Positions 1-8,282 of a stretch of DNA of 64,000 nt are shown here, piece after piece. This stretch comes from a virus. The stretch's first letter is position 1. Each line of letters begins with the position of its first letter. The stretch spans positions 1 to 64,000 of the IMG/VR virus record IMGVR_UViG_3300029441_000005. One strand, given 5' to 3'. A program made the position numbers and the translations under genes. A model generated the notes under the pieces. The model saw nothing but the letters and a program-made list of their open reading frames with translations. It did not search any database and was not told the origin of the DNA.

Positions 1-104
1 ATCTTGGGAAGTCCATCTGGACCTGGTTCTAAGTCTTCTATCAGCATTATTTCTGCTTCCGAGTTTAATGCCAGTATATACGGAACCAATTCAAACATTT
101 TCAT
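1..104 (-). CDS. hypothetical protein (N-terminal part, continues past window start)
   Basis: The minus-strand ATG at 104-102 overlaps the TGA of the upstream ORF (ATGA junction). The frame stays open to position 1 (MKMFELVPYILALNSEAEIMLIEDLEPG...). Confidence 0.4.
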   Translation of the reverse strand, partial: MKMFELVPYILALNSEAEIMLIEDLEPGPDGLPK

Positions 105-289
105 AACTTTGATTTTATGATATCTCTGATACCTATTAACTTTAGCTTTTGTTCAGGAGTTAAATCAGAGTCTTTCATTGCTTTATTTACTTCGGCATAC
201 AGCTCCTGCATCTTTATCCTGTAGAGAGGTCCTTTGATATGCTTGCATACCCAGTTGTATTCTCTACATATTTTATTAATTGAACTCAT
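101..289 (-). CDS. hypothetical protein
   Basis: 62-aa ORF in the co-directional minus-strand gene chain, with a 4-nt overlap with the upstream ORF. Confidence 0.5.
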   Translation of the reverse strand: MSSINKICREYNWVCKHIKGPLYRIKMQELYAEVNKAMKDSDLTPEQKLKLIGIRDIIKSKL

Positions 290-654
290 GCCCTGATGGT
301 TATTACTAATCCCAGGTTGCAGCTCCCCACCAGTACTTCATCATCCCCAGTGGAGAGAATCTCCTTTATTTGAGTCATTGCTCCTCGGAAACTCATTTTG
401 ACTGCTCCCTCCATTTCATTGAACTTGACCAGGAGTGTATGCTTATATGACTGAGGAATCCGATCCTGGTCATATTTAATCTCTACTTTATAATCGTAGA
501 GTTCCAACCCCAGTCGGGAATCTAACTCTTCTACCATTCCAAGGTAGGTGTCTTGGATTGCTTCCTTGATGCAATCAACCTCTTCCTCATAAATCTTCCC
601 TAACTTGTAGGACTCCTTGAGACCCGTAAGCATAACCTTTTTATAATCTTTCAT
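286..654 (-). CDS. hypothetical protein
   Basis: 122-aa ORF. Its ATG lies 29 nt downstream of early promoter box 684-715. Confidence 0.55.
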   Translation of the reverse strand: MKDYKKVMLTGLKESYKLGKIYEEEVDCIKEAIQDTYLGMVEELDSRLGLELYDYKVEIKYDQDRIPQSYKHTLLVKFNEMEGAVKMSFRGAMTQIKEILSTGDDEVLVGSCNLGLVITIRA

Positions 655-683
655 AATATTAGGGTTTTATCCTTTTCTTATTA

Positions 684-715
684 CAAATATAATGAATTAA
701 ATTTATATTTGCAAA
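684..715 (-). promoter_or_regulatory. Bacteroidota-type promoter (-33 TTTG / -7 TAnnTTTG), early class P1
   Basis: The minus strand reads TTTGCAaatataaatttaattcatTATATTTGtaataag, with a 20-nt spacer, and lies upstream of ORF 286-654. Confidence 0.6.
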
Positions 716-722
716 TAAAAAA

Positions 723-959
723 TCATCGGTCCGAGAATGGTATACCATAGTTTTCGAAGGCATCTTTAGCCTCCTGAGGTAAATATCCGTGTTGTTTGGA
801 TGCAAGGTATACTATACCATTGCAATCGATTACTACCCCGGTGATAGTATGTTCAAAAGGCCATGTAGGCTGAACTGCGACCATTACTGGTGCCTGAGGG
901 TCCATTTCTGATAAAGTTCCTATCAGATCTTCGACGGTGTAAGTACTGTTATATCTCAT
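723..959 (-). CDS. hypothetical protein
   Basis: 78-aa ORF in the minus-strand chain. Confidence 0.5.
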   Translation of the reverse strand: MRYNSTYTVEDLIGTLSEMDPQAPVMVAVQPTWPFEHTITGVVIDCNGIVYLASKQHGYLPQEAKDAFENYGIPFSDR

Positions 960-971
960 GTGATTAAAGTT

Positions 972-1265
972 TTAGTATATCGTTTGGTCGATAGTTCTTT
1001 CTATTATTGTTTCCCGGGTATCTTTTACCCGGTCAATTAAGTATGCCTTAGCAATACTCTCATCGGTTTCGTCTACCCATTTGGCTATATCAACCTTTCG
1101 AGTGAGTTCCACTTCCATGTCATGAGCTACATGGATAGTTTTGTATTGATGGTGATTCTTTAAGTAGAACCAGATAATCAGTTTATATCTTTCTGTGCCA
1201 TATTTTTGATGGTTAGAAGGTGAAATCAATGTAAACTTCCTTGTTACCTTTACGGAGTACTTCAT
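972..1265 (-). CDS. hypothetical protein
   Basis: 97-aa ORF. It overlaps the upstream ORF by 53 nt, so the start is uncertain. Confidence 0.45.
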   Translation of the reverse strand: MKYSVKVTRKFTLISPSNHQKYGTERYKLIIWFYLKNHHQYKTIHVAHDMEVELTRKVDIAKWVDETDESIAKAYLIDRVKDTRETIIERTIDQTIY

Positions 1266-1416
1266 GATTGGTATCTGCCCATTTATAGGTACTGTAGGCT
1301 TTTGCTTCAGGTATGTATTCTCCTCGGACCCATACCTGAGATTCCCGGGGCTCTTCGATTGAACTAAGGGTAAAGTATTCTCCCCTTTTCAGGTCCTTAA
1401 TTGTTTTCTTTTCCAT
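1213..1416 (-). CDS. hypothetical protein
   Basis: 67-aa ORF, the first gene after promoter box 1458-1489. Confidence 0.5.
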   Translation of the reverse strand: MEKKTIKDLKRGEYFTLSSIEEPRESQVWVRGEYIPEAKAYSTYKWADTNHEVLRKGNKEVYIDFTF

Positions 1417-1457
1417 ACCTTAATTATTTTGGGGTTTATTATTTCTTTTTCTTTATA

Positions 1458-1489
1458 CAAATATAAGAATAATATATAATATATGCAAA
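1458..1489 (-). promoter_or_regulatory. Bacteroidota-type promoter, early class P2
   Basis: The minus strand reads TTTGCAtatattatatattattctTATATTTGtataaag, with a 20-nt spacer. Confidence 0.6.
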
Positions 1490-1565
1490 TAAAACTTCTC
1501 GGCATTGGGATGTAGAAAGAGATTCTAGAAACTTTATCTCCTATTTAGGTCAGTTTTATTAGTAA

Positions 1566-1595
1566 AACAAAAAAGACCTCTAGAAAAGAGGTCTT
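1566..1595 (-). terminator. rho-independent terminator
   Basis: 8-bp stem agacctct/agaggtct (1574-1594) with a 5-nt loop, followed on the minus strand by TTTTTT. It lies directly after the stop of ORF 1612-2004. Confidence 0.65.
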
Positions 1596-1611
1596 AATGG
1601 TCCTTTATTTA

Positions 1612-2004
1612 TTAGGCCTTAGCTGGTATGAGAACCGGTTTGTAATAGATATCTCCTTCTGGTATGAGAGGATGTTTTAACAGCTCGAATTCCAGGGCTG
1701 AAGTATCTGGGAACTCTACGTGGATACATATACCGGAATATACTTTCCACCCGGGTCTGTCTTTGATATCATCACTGAATAGGCTTATGATATCTATCCG
1801 TACTTTGTTCTCCACTGGTTTTGTACCGAACAATTTATTAGTAAAGTTGAGTACTATATCTTTGATAGTGGGGTAATACTTCGGGTCGTACGTTTGGTAC
1901 ATTGAGTGGCAGTATAGTCTGCTTGCCCAAATTAAAAGGTCTATTTTCTTATTAATGTGCATAGTTATAAAAAAGTTAACGTTACATGATTTTGTCGAAT
2001 ACAA
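1612..2004 (-). CDS. hypothetical protein
   Basis: 130-aa ORF. An alternative ATG at 1962 (MHINKK...) would remove the 23-nt overlap with the upstream gene. Confidence 0.5.
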   Translation of the reverse strand: MYSTKSCNVNFFITMHINKKIDLLIWASRLYCHSMYQTYDPKYYPTIKDIVLNFTNKLFGTKPVENKVRIDIISLFSDDIKDRPGWKVYSGICIHVEFPDTSALEFELLKHPLIPEGDIYYKPVLIPAKA

Positions 2005-2503
2005 AGTATTTCCCGTTCTCCTCGGGAGTATGAGAGGGGAAATGATAAAGCCCTTTACTGAAGTCTCTATTTATGGTAGTTACTGTACGAAGAGTTCCTT
2101 CTTCATTATCCACCACATCTGATATCATACCCAAGTTTATAAGCTTATCGGTATCGAATGCTCCTAATAGCATTCCGGGACAAATATCATCCATGACTTG
2201 CATACCGATATATTGTCCATCTTCTGATATGGTATCTACATATTTACCATTCTCTACATACTGGAATAGATTGCACCAACCCGTGATAGTATGTATCTTT
2301 ATTTTAGTTGCACAGGCTGATGCGGATAGAGTTACTTTGCTATTAGTACATAACCAACCCTGACGATTTACTTTTTCATCAGTGAAGACAATATCTTCCT
2401 GATAAGGAGAATAAGGTAACCCGAATACTTTAATCTTCTTACCTTCGTTGATAAGTTGATTGATTTTGGCTACCACTTTGGTTGCAGTTAAAACTTCTTT
2501 CAT
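1982..2503 (-). CDS. hypothetical protein
   Basis: 173-aa ORF in the chain. Confidence 0.55.
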   Translation of the reverse strand: MKEVLTATKVVAKINQLINEGKKIKVFGLPYSPYQEDIVFTDEKVNRQGWLCTNSKVTLSASACATKIKIHTITGWCNLFQYVENGKYVDTISEDGQYIGMQVMDDICPGMLLGAFDTDKLINLGMISDVVDNEEGTLRTVTTINRDFSKGLYHFPSHTPEENGKYFVFDKIM

Positions 2504-2517
2504 AGTAGGTGTCTGTG

Positions 2518-2765
2518 TTATAGATTGAACTGAATTTCTGCTTTATATCCTGGCTCTAAACTCCCTGCCGTAAAGGGTATACCCAAATAATGAGGATATG
2601 GATTATGCCAGATGTTGTGGTTAGATAGTTGTTCAGAAGCTTCCTTGATATTATCTTCTCCCGAGATATAGAATCTTATCTCTTTCTCATTGGCCGAAAC
2701 TACTTTGAGAAACCCTGTACAGTTAATGTAACTGTAACATTCCGAGCTTTAATTATTAAGTCCAT
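2518..2765 (-). CDS. small gene readable only with a -1 shift (candidate programmed frameshift or disrupted gene)
   Basis: ATG 2765 lies 22 nt after promoter P3 and opens a 21-codon ORF ending at TAG 2702-2700. A 65-codon open frame without any ATG/GTG/TTG fills 2715-2518 in the -1 frame. The two frames join at the heptamer G_GGT_TTC (2715-2709). Confidence 0.35.
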
Positions 2766-2787
2766 AACCTTTATTTTTATCTTTATA

Positions 2788-2819
2788 CAAATATAAGAAA
2801 TTTAATCTAATTTTGCAAA
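2788..2819 (-). promoter_or_regulatory. Bacteroidota-type promoter, early class P3
   Basis: The minus strand reads TTTGCAaaattagattaaatttctTATATTTGtataaag, with a 20-nt spacer. Confidence 0.6.
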
Positions 2820-2825
2820 TAAAAA

Positions 2826-3674
2826 TCAAAGGTTATCTTCGAGTTCTGGGTCTATTTCTTCGTAGTCTATTCCCTCTTCGATTTCTCGTCTGATTTGGTG
2901 ATGGTCTTCTTCAAAAGCTTTTAAGGCACCCTGGTAGTCTCCTGTTACGCTATCCAATTCGGCCTTTTTGAGAGTTAAGCCCTCTTTATCTCCTCTATTG
3001 CCCTCTTGTTTTGTTGCAACAACAACTGGTAATTCTTTGAAGTCATACTGATTTTCTACATATTCTAACTCTTTTATACCACCCTTGTCAGCAAGCTCTT
3101 TTTGAATCATAGACATGGCTATATCACGGGTTAATACTGGTTCAGACTCACCCGTATTGTTGAATTGATTGTTCTGTTGGTTGAAGATATTTACAGTACC
3201 GCCACCAGACACTGCCCGTACCAAACTCTGAAGAGAGGTTGTAGATTGCTGCTTTAATCCTATGGCTTTATTGACTTCTGCAGTTATAAATGGAGCATAT
3301 CTTCCACCTTGAGAATCCCGAAGTATTTGAACCTGTTGACTTATTTCCATACGGTCCTCAAGTGCCCAGCCTATGCAAGCCCCCATCAGAGAATCAGCAA
3401 TTTCATCCATCTTATTACGGTCAAATAGGCCGTTGTCTAGAAACGTTTGTTTCATCTGCATCTGAATAATTGACGGTTCACATTTTAGAAAATCTGAGAG
3501 CTCATTTACTGAATAAACCCTTGCCCACAATCTCCCATTGTTTACTATCCAGGTATGAATAATGAACTTGGTCAGATTCTTAAGAGCTTCATTATCTCCA
3601 GTATTAGCTTGTAAGGCTAACTGGGTTATCCCTAACCCCCTTGGGAATCGTGGAACTATCTTCTGTTCTTTCAT
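2826..3674 (-). CDS. hypothetical protein (acidic C-terminus)
   Basis: 282-aa ORF. No motif was recognised with confidence. Confidence 0.6.
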   Translation of the reverse strand: MKEQKIVPRFPRGLGITQLALQANTGDNEALKNLTKFIIHTWIVNNGRLWARVYSVNELSDFLKCEPSIIQMQMKQTFLDNGLFDRNKMDEIADSLMGACIGWALEDRMEISQQVQILRDSQGGRYAPFITAEVNKAIGLKQQSTTSLQSLVRAVSGGGTVNIFNQQNNQFNNTGESEPVLTRDIAMSMIQKELADKGGIKELEYVENQYDFKELPVVVATKQEGNRGDKEGLTLKKAELDSVTGDYQGALKAFEEDHHQIRREIEEGIDYEEIDPELEDNL

Positions 3675-3720
3675 GGTGTTTAATTTTGGTATCTAATAGT
3701 TAATCCTGATAAAAATATAT

Positions 3721-3751
3721 AAAAAGGCCCTGTTGTGGCAAGGGCCTTTTT
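3721..3751 (-). terminator. rho-independent terminator (symmetrical A5-stem-T5)
   Basis: The sequence aaaaaggccc-tgttgtggca-agggccttttt forms a perfect stem, with a T-run on the minus strand. It lies after the stop of ORF 3783-4046. Confidence 0.7.
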
Positions 3752-3782
3752 GAACTAACTCTTTGATAGTCAGGTTGCTGGA

Positions 3783-4046
3783 TCATCTGAATAGGCTTAC
3801 CTTCAATTTTGATGAGCTTATTGACAGTTGAAATTCATTTACTTGATTTTCGAACTTAAGCTGGTTACTCAGTGTCAAAAGTCTTGAATATAGCTGGTCT
3901 ACATGTTTGGGGTAAATTACCTCTATAGTAACTGAATTTAATCTATACTCATAACTCAAATCTACCTCTTCTTCTCCGGCTGCCCTGTATGATGTCAGGA
4001 TATTATCCGTTACCATAACAGCCAAGGTTAAAAATGTCCTCATCAA
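3783..4046 (-). CDS. hypothetical protein
   Basis: 87-aa ORF in the chain. Confidence 0.5.
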   Translation of the reverse strand: MMRTFLTLAVMVTDNILTSYRAAGEEEVDLSYEYRLNSVTIEVIYPKHVDQLYSRLLTLSNQLKFENQVNEFQLSISSSKLKVSLFR

Positions 4047-4081
4047 ATCTTAGTAACTTTAGAGTCTTGTATTATTAGGAT

Positions 4082-4591
4082 TTACTTCTTTCCCTTTGCT
4101 TTAGTAGCCTTTACCTTGCCCTCCTTGGCCAAATTTTGGGCAACTCCGTAGGCAACTACGGCCTCCAATATTGGCCTCATTCTCTTTTCTTTCTCCTTGG
4201 CTTCTTTTTGCCTTTCTTCTTCCTCTGCCATAAGTTTAGCTTCTCTTTCCTGGGCCTTTTTACGCCTCTCTTCTATTTCCTCATGAATATTAGGGAATAA
4301 ATTTGCCCTGAGAGGTATTACATGAAGGGCAAAGAATGCTGAGAATAATCCATCGGATAAAGGCCCACCTATCTTCTTCTTGGAAATTTGCCAAAACTTA
4401 TCCTGCTGTTCTTTGATGGCGTGCAGGAATTTTTCATAGGTGAACTGCACCTGCATTTTTTTACATGCAGTAATCATGGCCTCAATACGGTCCTTGAATT
4501 CCTGGCCGAAAGCCTCCATGAATTTTTCCCGGTTAAAGTTGTAATGAGGCTTGTCCAGCTTGAACTGTTTTACATACTCTGCAGTTTTCAT
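4082..4591 (-). CDS. hypothetical protein (Lys/Glu-rich coiled-coil C-terminus)
   Basis: 169-aa ORF. Confidence 0.55.
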   Translation of the reverse strand: MKTAEYVKQFKLDKPHYNFNREKFMEAFGQEFKDRIEAMITACKKMQVQFTYEKFLHAIKEQQDKFWQISKKKIGGPLSDGLFSAFFALHVIPLRANLFPNIHEEIEERRKKAQEREAKLMAEEEERQKEAKEKEKRMRPILEAVVAYGVAQNLAKEGKVKATKAKGKK

Positions 4592-4604
4592 AGTGTCTCG
4601 TTGT

Positions 4605-5024
4605 TTATAAGTGATTTATTAAGTGTTTTAATGCTGATTCTCTAGTTACCACTTGAAAAAGGTAACCTATATACCTATCTTCCCAATATGATAACCAAAC
4701 TGGGTTAGGGAACCTAAACTTATTCCTTTCCTCTATCGGAATATTTCGAGGCATTCCCGAAATGTATAATAAGTGAGGTCCATTAGTATTCTCGATGAAT
4801 ACCGGATGTAACATATTTTCGTCTACCTTAAAATACCCCTTAATGGCATAGTCAGGGATATATTGATTTGACCTTATTCCGCAATCGAATGCCAAATCCT
4901 CTACCTGATATAATTCAGGATTAATAGGGTATTCTTCTTGGGATTGTACCCCTTCCTGAGATTGAAGGTAGTAGGTTATTTTGGATTTATCAAGCGTTAC
5001 ACTTTTTACTCTTTCGGGAAACAT
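4605..5024 (-). CDS. hypothetical protein
   Basis: 139-aa ORF. Confidence 0.55.
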   Translation of the reverse strand: MFPERVKSVTLDKSKITYYLQSQEGVQSQEEYPINPELYQVEDLAFDCGIRSNQYIPDYAIKGYFKVDENMLHPVFIENTNGPHLLYISGMPRNIPIEERNKFRFPNPVWLSYWEDRYIGYLFQVVTRESALKHLINHL

Positions 5025-5289
5025 GGTGCTTATCTTTTAATGGTACATAGTCTTCGATGTCATCCAATCGGTCAGTCACTAAAGCATATACGAATAGCTT
5101 AGCAGGACGAAAGAAGAATCTTCTTATATTCCCCTCCGAAATGTAATAATCGTATATTCTAAAGAATTTCTTCTGGTACTTGTGCTTAAGATTCCGTTGC
5201 GTTAGATATGACTTAAGAACTTCTTTATGTAATTCTAGCAATTCTTTATCTACTTTCTGAATTGCTTTATCTGGTAAGCCAACAACCAT
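4990..5289 (-). CDS. hypothetical protein
   Basis: 99-aa ORF. Confidence 0.5.
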   Translation of the reverse strand: MVVGLPDKAIQKVDKELLELHKEVLKSYLTQRNLKHKYQKKFFRIYDYYISEGNIRRFFFRPAKLFVYALVTDRLDDIEDYVPLKDKHHVSRKSKKCNA

Positions 5290-5322
5290 AATCTTTCATA
5301 TCGTTAAAGGTGATTATACTAA

Positions 5323-5349
5323 GGGGACAGAGCCTTAGCCCTGTACCCC
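5323..5349 (-). terminator. stem-loop after the Lys-rich gene (weak terminator candidate)
   Basis: ggggacag / ctgt(a)cccc stem with a 10-nt loop. Only TT follows on the minus strand. Confidence 0.3.
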
Positions 5350-5366
5350 TCTCCTACTATGAAAGA

Positions 5367-5825
5367 TTAGATTGCAACGGATTCTTTGACGAATTGGTTC
5401 TTGTATTCCAGGTATTCTTTCTTGGCCTTCTTGAACTCTTTCGAATCCTGATTCTCGATTCGGAGCATGGCCAGCTCCAGCTGATGAATCTTGTTTCGGA
5501 CCTGCTGCCGGAACTTCTTCCTGGAAAGGGTGTCTTCGCAGTCGGCGGGATAGATGTATTTGACCTCCCGTTTCGTTACCACCTCCTCTACGAGGTTGGC
5601 TTCGACTTTCTCCTGGGTCTTTGAGATGAGCTTGTCCTTCTTGGACTTTTTCTTTTTCTTTTCTTCGGCCACCGGTGCTGTAGCTTCTTCCTCTTTCTTG
5701 CCCTTTTTCAGAGCCTCCTTGGATTTCTCCACCTTTTCAGCCTTCTCCTCGATGAGGTTGTTGATGCCTTCGACCAGATTAGTCTTTTCCAGTTTCTGAG
5801 CCTTGTTGTTCTTGTTCTTTTTCAT
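5367..5825 (-). CDS. Lys/Glu-rich low-complexity protein
   Basis: 152-aa ORF, visibly GC-richer than its neighbours, with AAG-dominated Lys codons. Contains the motif YIYP...SRKKFRQQVR. Confidence 0.6.
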   Translation of the reverse strand: MKKNKNNKAQKLEKTNLVEGINNLIEEKAEKVEKSKEALKKGKKEEEATAPVAEEKKKKKSKKDKLISKTQEKVEANLVEEVVTKREVKYIYPADCEDTLSRKKFRQQVRNKIHQLELAMLRIENQDSKEFKKAKKEYLEYKNQFVKESVAI

Positions 5826-5889
5826 GGCTTACAATGTTAAAAGTTTGACATTAAATTAAAAAGTTCTTTTTATTTCTTATTTCCTAATG

Positions 5890-5923
5890 CAAATATAGAA
5901 GAACTTTTCTATATATATGCAAA
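5890..5923 (-). promoter_or_regulatory. Bacteroidota-type promoter, early class P4
   Basis: The minus strand reads TTTGCAtatatatagaaaagttcttcTATATTTGcattagg, with a 22-nt spacer. It lies 65 nt upstream of ATG 5825. Confidence 0.5.
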
Positions 5924-6005
5924 TATTTTTATCATTTTCTTTGAGGTTGTGTTCTTGGCTTCTAGTGTGTTAACCTCTTGTGGCTTTTCCCTTTTATTGT
6001 TTATG

Positions 6006-6037
6006 CAAATATAGATATAAAAATCAACCCCTGCAAA
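6006..6037 (-). promoter_or_regulatory. Bacteroidota-type promoter, early class P5 (tandem with P4)
   Basis: The minus strand reads TTTGCAggggttgatttttatatcTATATTTGcataaac, with a 20-nt spacer. The -33 box abuts the stop of ORF 6038-6211. Confidence 0.55.
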
Positions 6038-6211
6038 TTATTTCACTAATTCTTTAGAGGTTCGTTTACGGTATTGGCTAAAGTAATGTATGGATATATC
6101 TGGTGCCCACTTGTACCCACTACTTTCTTCAATGGCTTTTTCCACTACAGCATCAGGGTCCATAAGCCTATCTTTGATTTCCTCTATAGTTGATACTCTT
6201 ACAGGCTTCAT
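6038..6211 (-). CDS. hypothetical protein
   Basis: The start was moved to ATG 6211 (MKPVRVSTIEE...), which forms an ATGA stop/start overlap with ORF 6208-6390. The track ORF began at 6262. Confidence 0.45.
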   Translation of the reverse strand: MKPVRVSTIEEIKDRLMDPDAVVEKAIEESSGYKWAPDISIHYFSQYRKRTSKELVK

Positions 6212-6390
6212 TTCTCGGATAATTTTTTGAGTATCTTTTTGAACGAGGTCATGTAATGGCAATCCTTAATAGAACATTTGCCATCTGGTGTAAGATTCTC
6301 GTTGGCCCCGCATTTAGTCATACCAGTGGCTTTATATGGACAACATTTGCGATGTGCTACACATGCAGCCTTAAACTCTACAGTGCTCAT
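6208..6390 (-). CDS. Cys-rich small protein
   Basis: 60-aa ORF with 7 Cys (CVAHRKCCPY...C...CSIKDC). Confidence 0.45.
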   Translation of the reverse strand: MSTVEFKAACVAHRKCCPYKATGMTKCGANENLTPDGKCSIKDCHYMTSFKKILKKLSEK

Positions 6391-6400
6391 ACTCTAAAAA

Positions 6401-6730
6401 TTATTCAAAGTACTCCCTTACTTTGGTTAAACGGCATTTGAATTTGAACGGCATTACATAGTCTCCCCACCAGCCCGATAGAGGTAAAATACACCCGATA
6501 ATGGCATAGTAGTAGAAAGTTTTTGCAACAAATTGCTGTTTCTCATCGTCCCAAAAAGTATCTACTCTAGCTTTAGCTTCTTCATATTTTTCGGGGTCCA
6601 AATATACCCAATGATATGACAACCTGATAAATAACCATTGCAGTATCAGGATATTTATCCATCCAAGGATAGTCATACCCAATACTTTCTTCCATACCCA
6701 GCTGTTTGTTTGCTTTACTTCTTTTCCCAT
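6401..6730 (-). CDS. membrane protein
   Basis: 109 aa with two or three hydrophobic helices (VLGMTILGWINILILQWLFI; YYYAIIGCILPLSGWW). Confidence 0.55.
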   Translation of the reverse strand: MGKEVKQTNSWVWKKVLGMTILGWINILILQWLFIRLSYHWVYLDPEKYEEAKARVDTFWDDEKQQFVAKTFYYYAIIGCILPLSGWWGDYVMPFKFKCRLTKVREYFE

Positions 6731-7101
6731 AATCCGTAGGTTGGTTGAACGTTTTTAAGTCTATGATATATGTCCAGAGTTTTCCATATTGACTCTGCTT
6801 GTTTTATTACTACATCCTTTGCCTCCTGATGAGTACTAAAGGTATTCCATAATTCCGGAGTGTAGTTGAGACATTCCATACATTCGGGTTCTCCCTGCAC
6901 ATGTTTTACCCTTATGTAGAAATAAACCTCTCGGTCTATTATGTGACCAATACGTTCCCCCTCGAATAGAATCTGAGCTTTTGATTTGAAGTCGAATACA
7001 TTTTTACTTCTGGTACCGTGAACGTATTTGTTTACTTTGAATCTTACTATCCCTGCCATATCAATCCATATTTCTTTCAAAGTATTCGTAGAAGTCCGCA
7101 T
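6715..7101 (-). CDS. hypothetical protein
   Basis: 128-aa ORF. Confidence 0.55.
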   Translation of the reverse strand: MRTSTNTLKEIWIDMAGIVRFKVNKYVHGTRSKNVFDFKSKAQILFEGERIGHIIDREVYFYIRVKHVQGEPECMECLNYTPELWNTFSTHQEAKDVVIKQAESIWKTLDIYHRLKNVQPTYGLWEKK

Positions 7102-7480
7102 CCTCAGTTAACTGGTCCAGTAATTCCTCTACATCCATATCCAAGTGAACTGATGCCCCTGATACTTGTAGAGTTATTCCCGAACTGTAACTACTAGAAG
7201 ACCCATGAAGTTTTAACTCCTTTGGCCTTTCTCCGGTAGATTCGTCTCTGTAGTGAATTATACCGTTTTTGTAGTCATAGCTTTTCACCTCGGATAAATG
7301 CCTTAATTCATCCCAGTTTTTCCAGTGGGGAGTTGCATCTGGGGTAGGTGGAACGGTTTTACCATCCCACAGTATGCAGACTACGCAGAAGGCTGATACT
7401 CCTATTATCATCCTCTTTGCAGCTTCCCAAAGGGTCTTGGCCTCATCTGGTTCTCCGTCTGGTGTGTAATATCTTTTCAT
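7061..7480 (-). CDS. hypothetical membrane-anchored protein
   Basis: The start was moved from TTG 7504 to ATG 7480 (MKRYYTPDG...). One hydrophobic helix is present (MIIGVSAFCVVCILW). Confidence 0.55.
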   Translation of the reverse strand: MKRYYTPDGEPDEAKTLWEAAKRMIIGVSAFCVVCILWDGKTVPPTPDATPHWKNWDELRHLSEVKSYDYKNGIIHYRDESTGERPKELKLHGSSSSYSSGITLQVSGASVHLDMDVEELLDQLTEDADFYEYFERNMD

Positions 7481-7596
7481 AGTTTCAAATTGAATATCCA
7501 ACAAATAAAACTGAATATTAACAATATTATTGAAGCCGTACCATACAATATAAATAAGGGTTTAGCGGCTTCCCACATAGAGTCTCTCTCTTTCAT
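7477..7596 (-). CDS. small transmembrane protein (below the ORF-track length cutoff)
   Basis: 39 codons, MKERDSMWEAAKPLFILYGTASIILLIFSFICWIFNLKL. ATGA stop/start overlaps occur at both ends (7596-7593 and 7480-7477), and the ORF exactly fills an otherwise 112-nt gap. Confidence 0.45.
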   Translation of the reverse strand: MKERDSMWEAAKPLFILYGTASIILLIFSFICWIFNLKL

Positions 7597-7823
7597 AATC
7601 TTTTTCCGGCATACTTATTCCGGATTCTCTTTTCGAATGATTTACCTACTGATTCTCCATTTTGGATATCCTCTTTGAACATCCTGAAGTCGAACTCTGA
7701 TACCGAGTTGTATTGGTATACCTTTTCTCCTTTGAAGGTAATGGTGATATCTCGGGTTTCATCATCCATCACTACCTTCATAATTCGGGATGACCCCGTA
7801 ATTTCAAATGTCTTTTTCATCAT
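7593..7823 (-). CDS. KTSC-domain protein
   Basis: The stretch SSRIMKVVMDDETRDITITFKGEKVYQYNSVSEFDF...GKSFEKRIRNKY matches the KTSC pattern (S-x-I-x-x-V-x-Y-D...L-x-V-x-F-x-x-G-x-x-Y-x-Y). Confidence 0.5.
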   Translation of the reverse strand: MMKKTFEITGSSRIMKVVMDDETRDITITFKGEKVYQYNSVSEFDFRMFKEDIQNGESVGKSFEKRIRNKYAGKRL

Positions 7824-8281
7824 TACTGTCTTTTAAGCTCAAAAGTGTTAAGTCCCATAGCTACCACATTATTTTCTTTCCTGAGTGCTTGACAGGTAAA
7901 GAAAATATCCCAGAGAGTGAAGACAGAATCAGAACTCATTTCCATCAAGTCCTCTTCCATCATATAGAGTGTACTCATTATGGTATTAAACCACCTGTTA
8001 TTTAACCCCTTTACCAGCATGGTTTCAATATCTTCATACCTATTGTTAAAGGTATCTCCCTGAACCCTTTGAAAGGCAGCTATATATTCCCTGGCCATGG
8101 ATTCCACCGCTTCTAGAGAAGTCCCGTAGCAGGGGAATATAATTTTCCATTTATCTAAGCTCTTATCCTCTAAAAGGGATTCCAGCGCCTGAATATGCAC
8201 ATCCATAATCTGATTCCATATTTCCTGGGCAGATAATCGCCTTTGCAATTTCAGTTTGATACAACCTCGGTTTATTTTCAT
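7823..8281 (-). CDS. hypothetical protein
   Basis: 152-aa ORF. Confidence 0.55.
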   Translation of the reverse strand: MKINRGCIKLKLQRRLSAQEIWNQIMDVHIQALESLLEDKSLDKWKIIFPCYGTSLEAVESMAREYIAAFQRVQGDTFNNRYEDIETMLVKGLNNRWFNTIMSTLYMMEEDLMEMSSDSVFTLWDIFFTCQALRKENNVVAMGLNTFELKRQ

Positions 8282-8282
8282 T

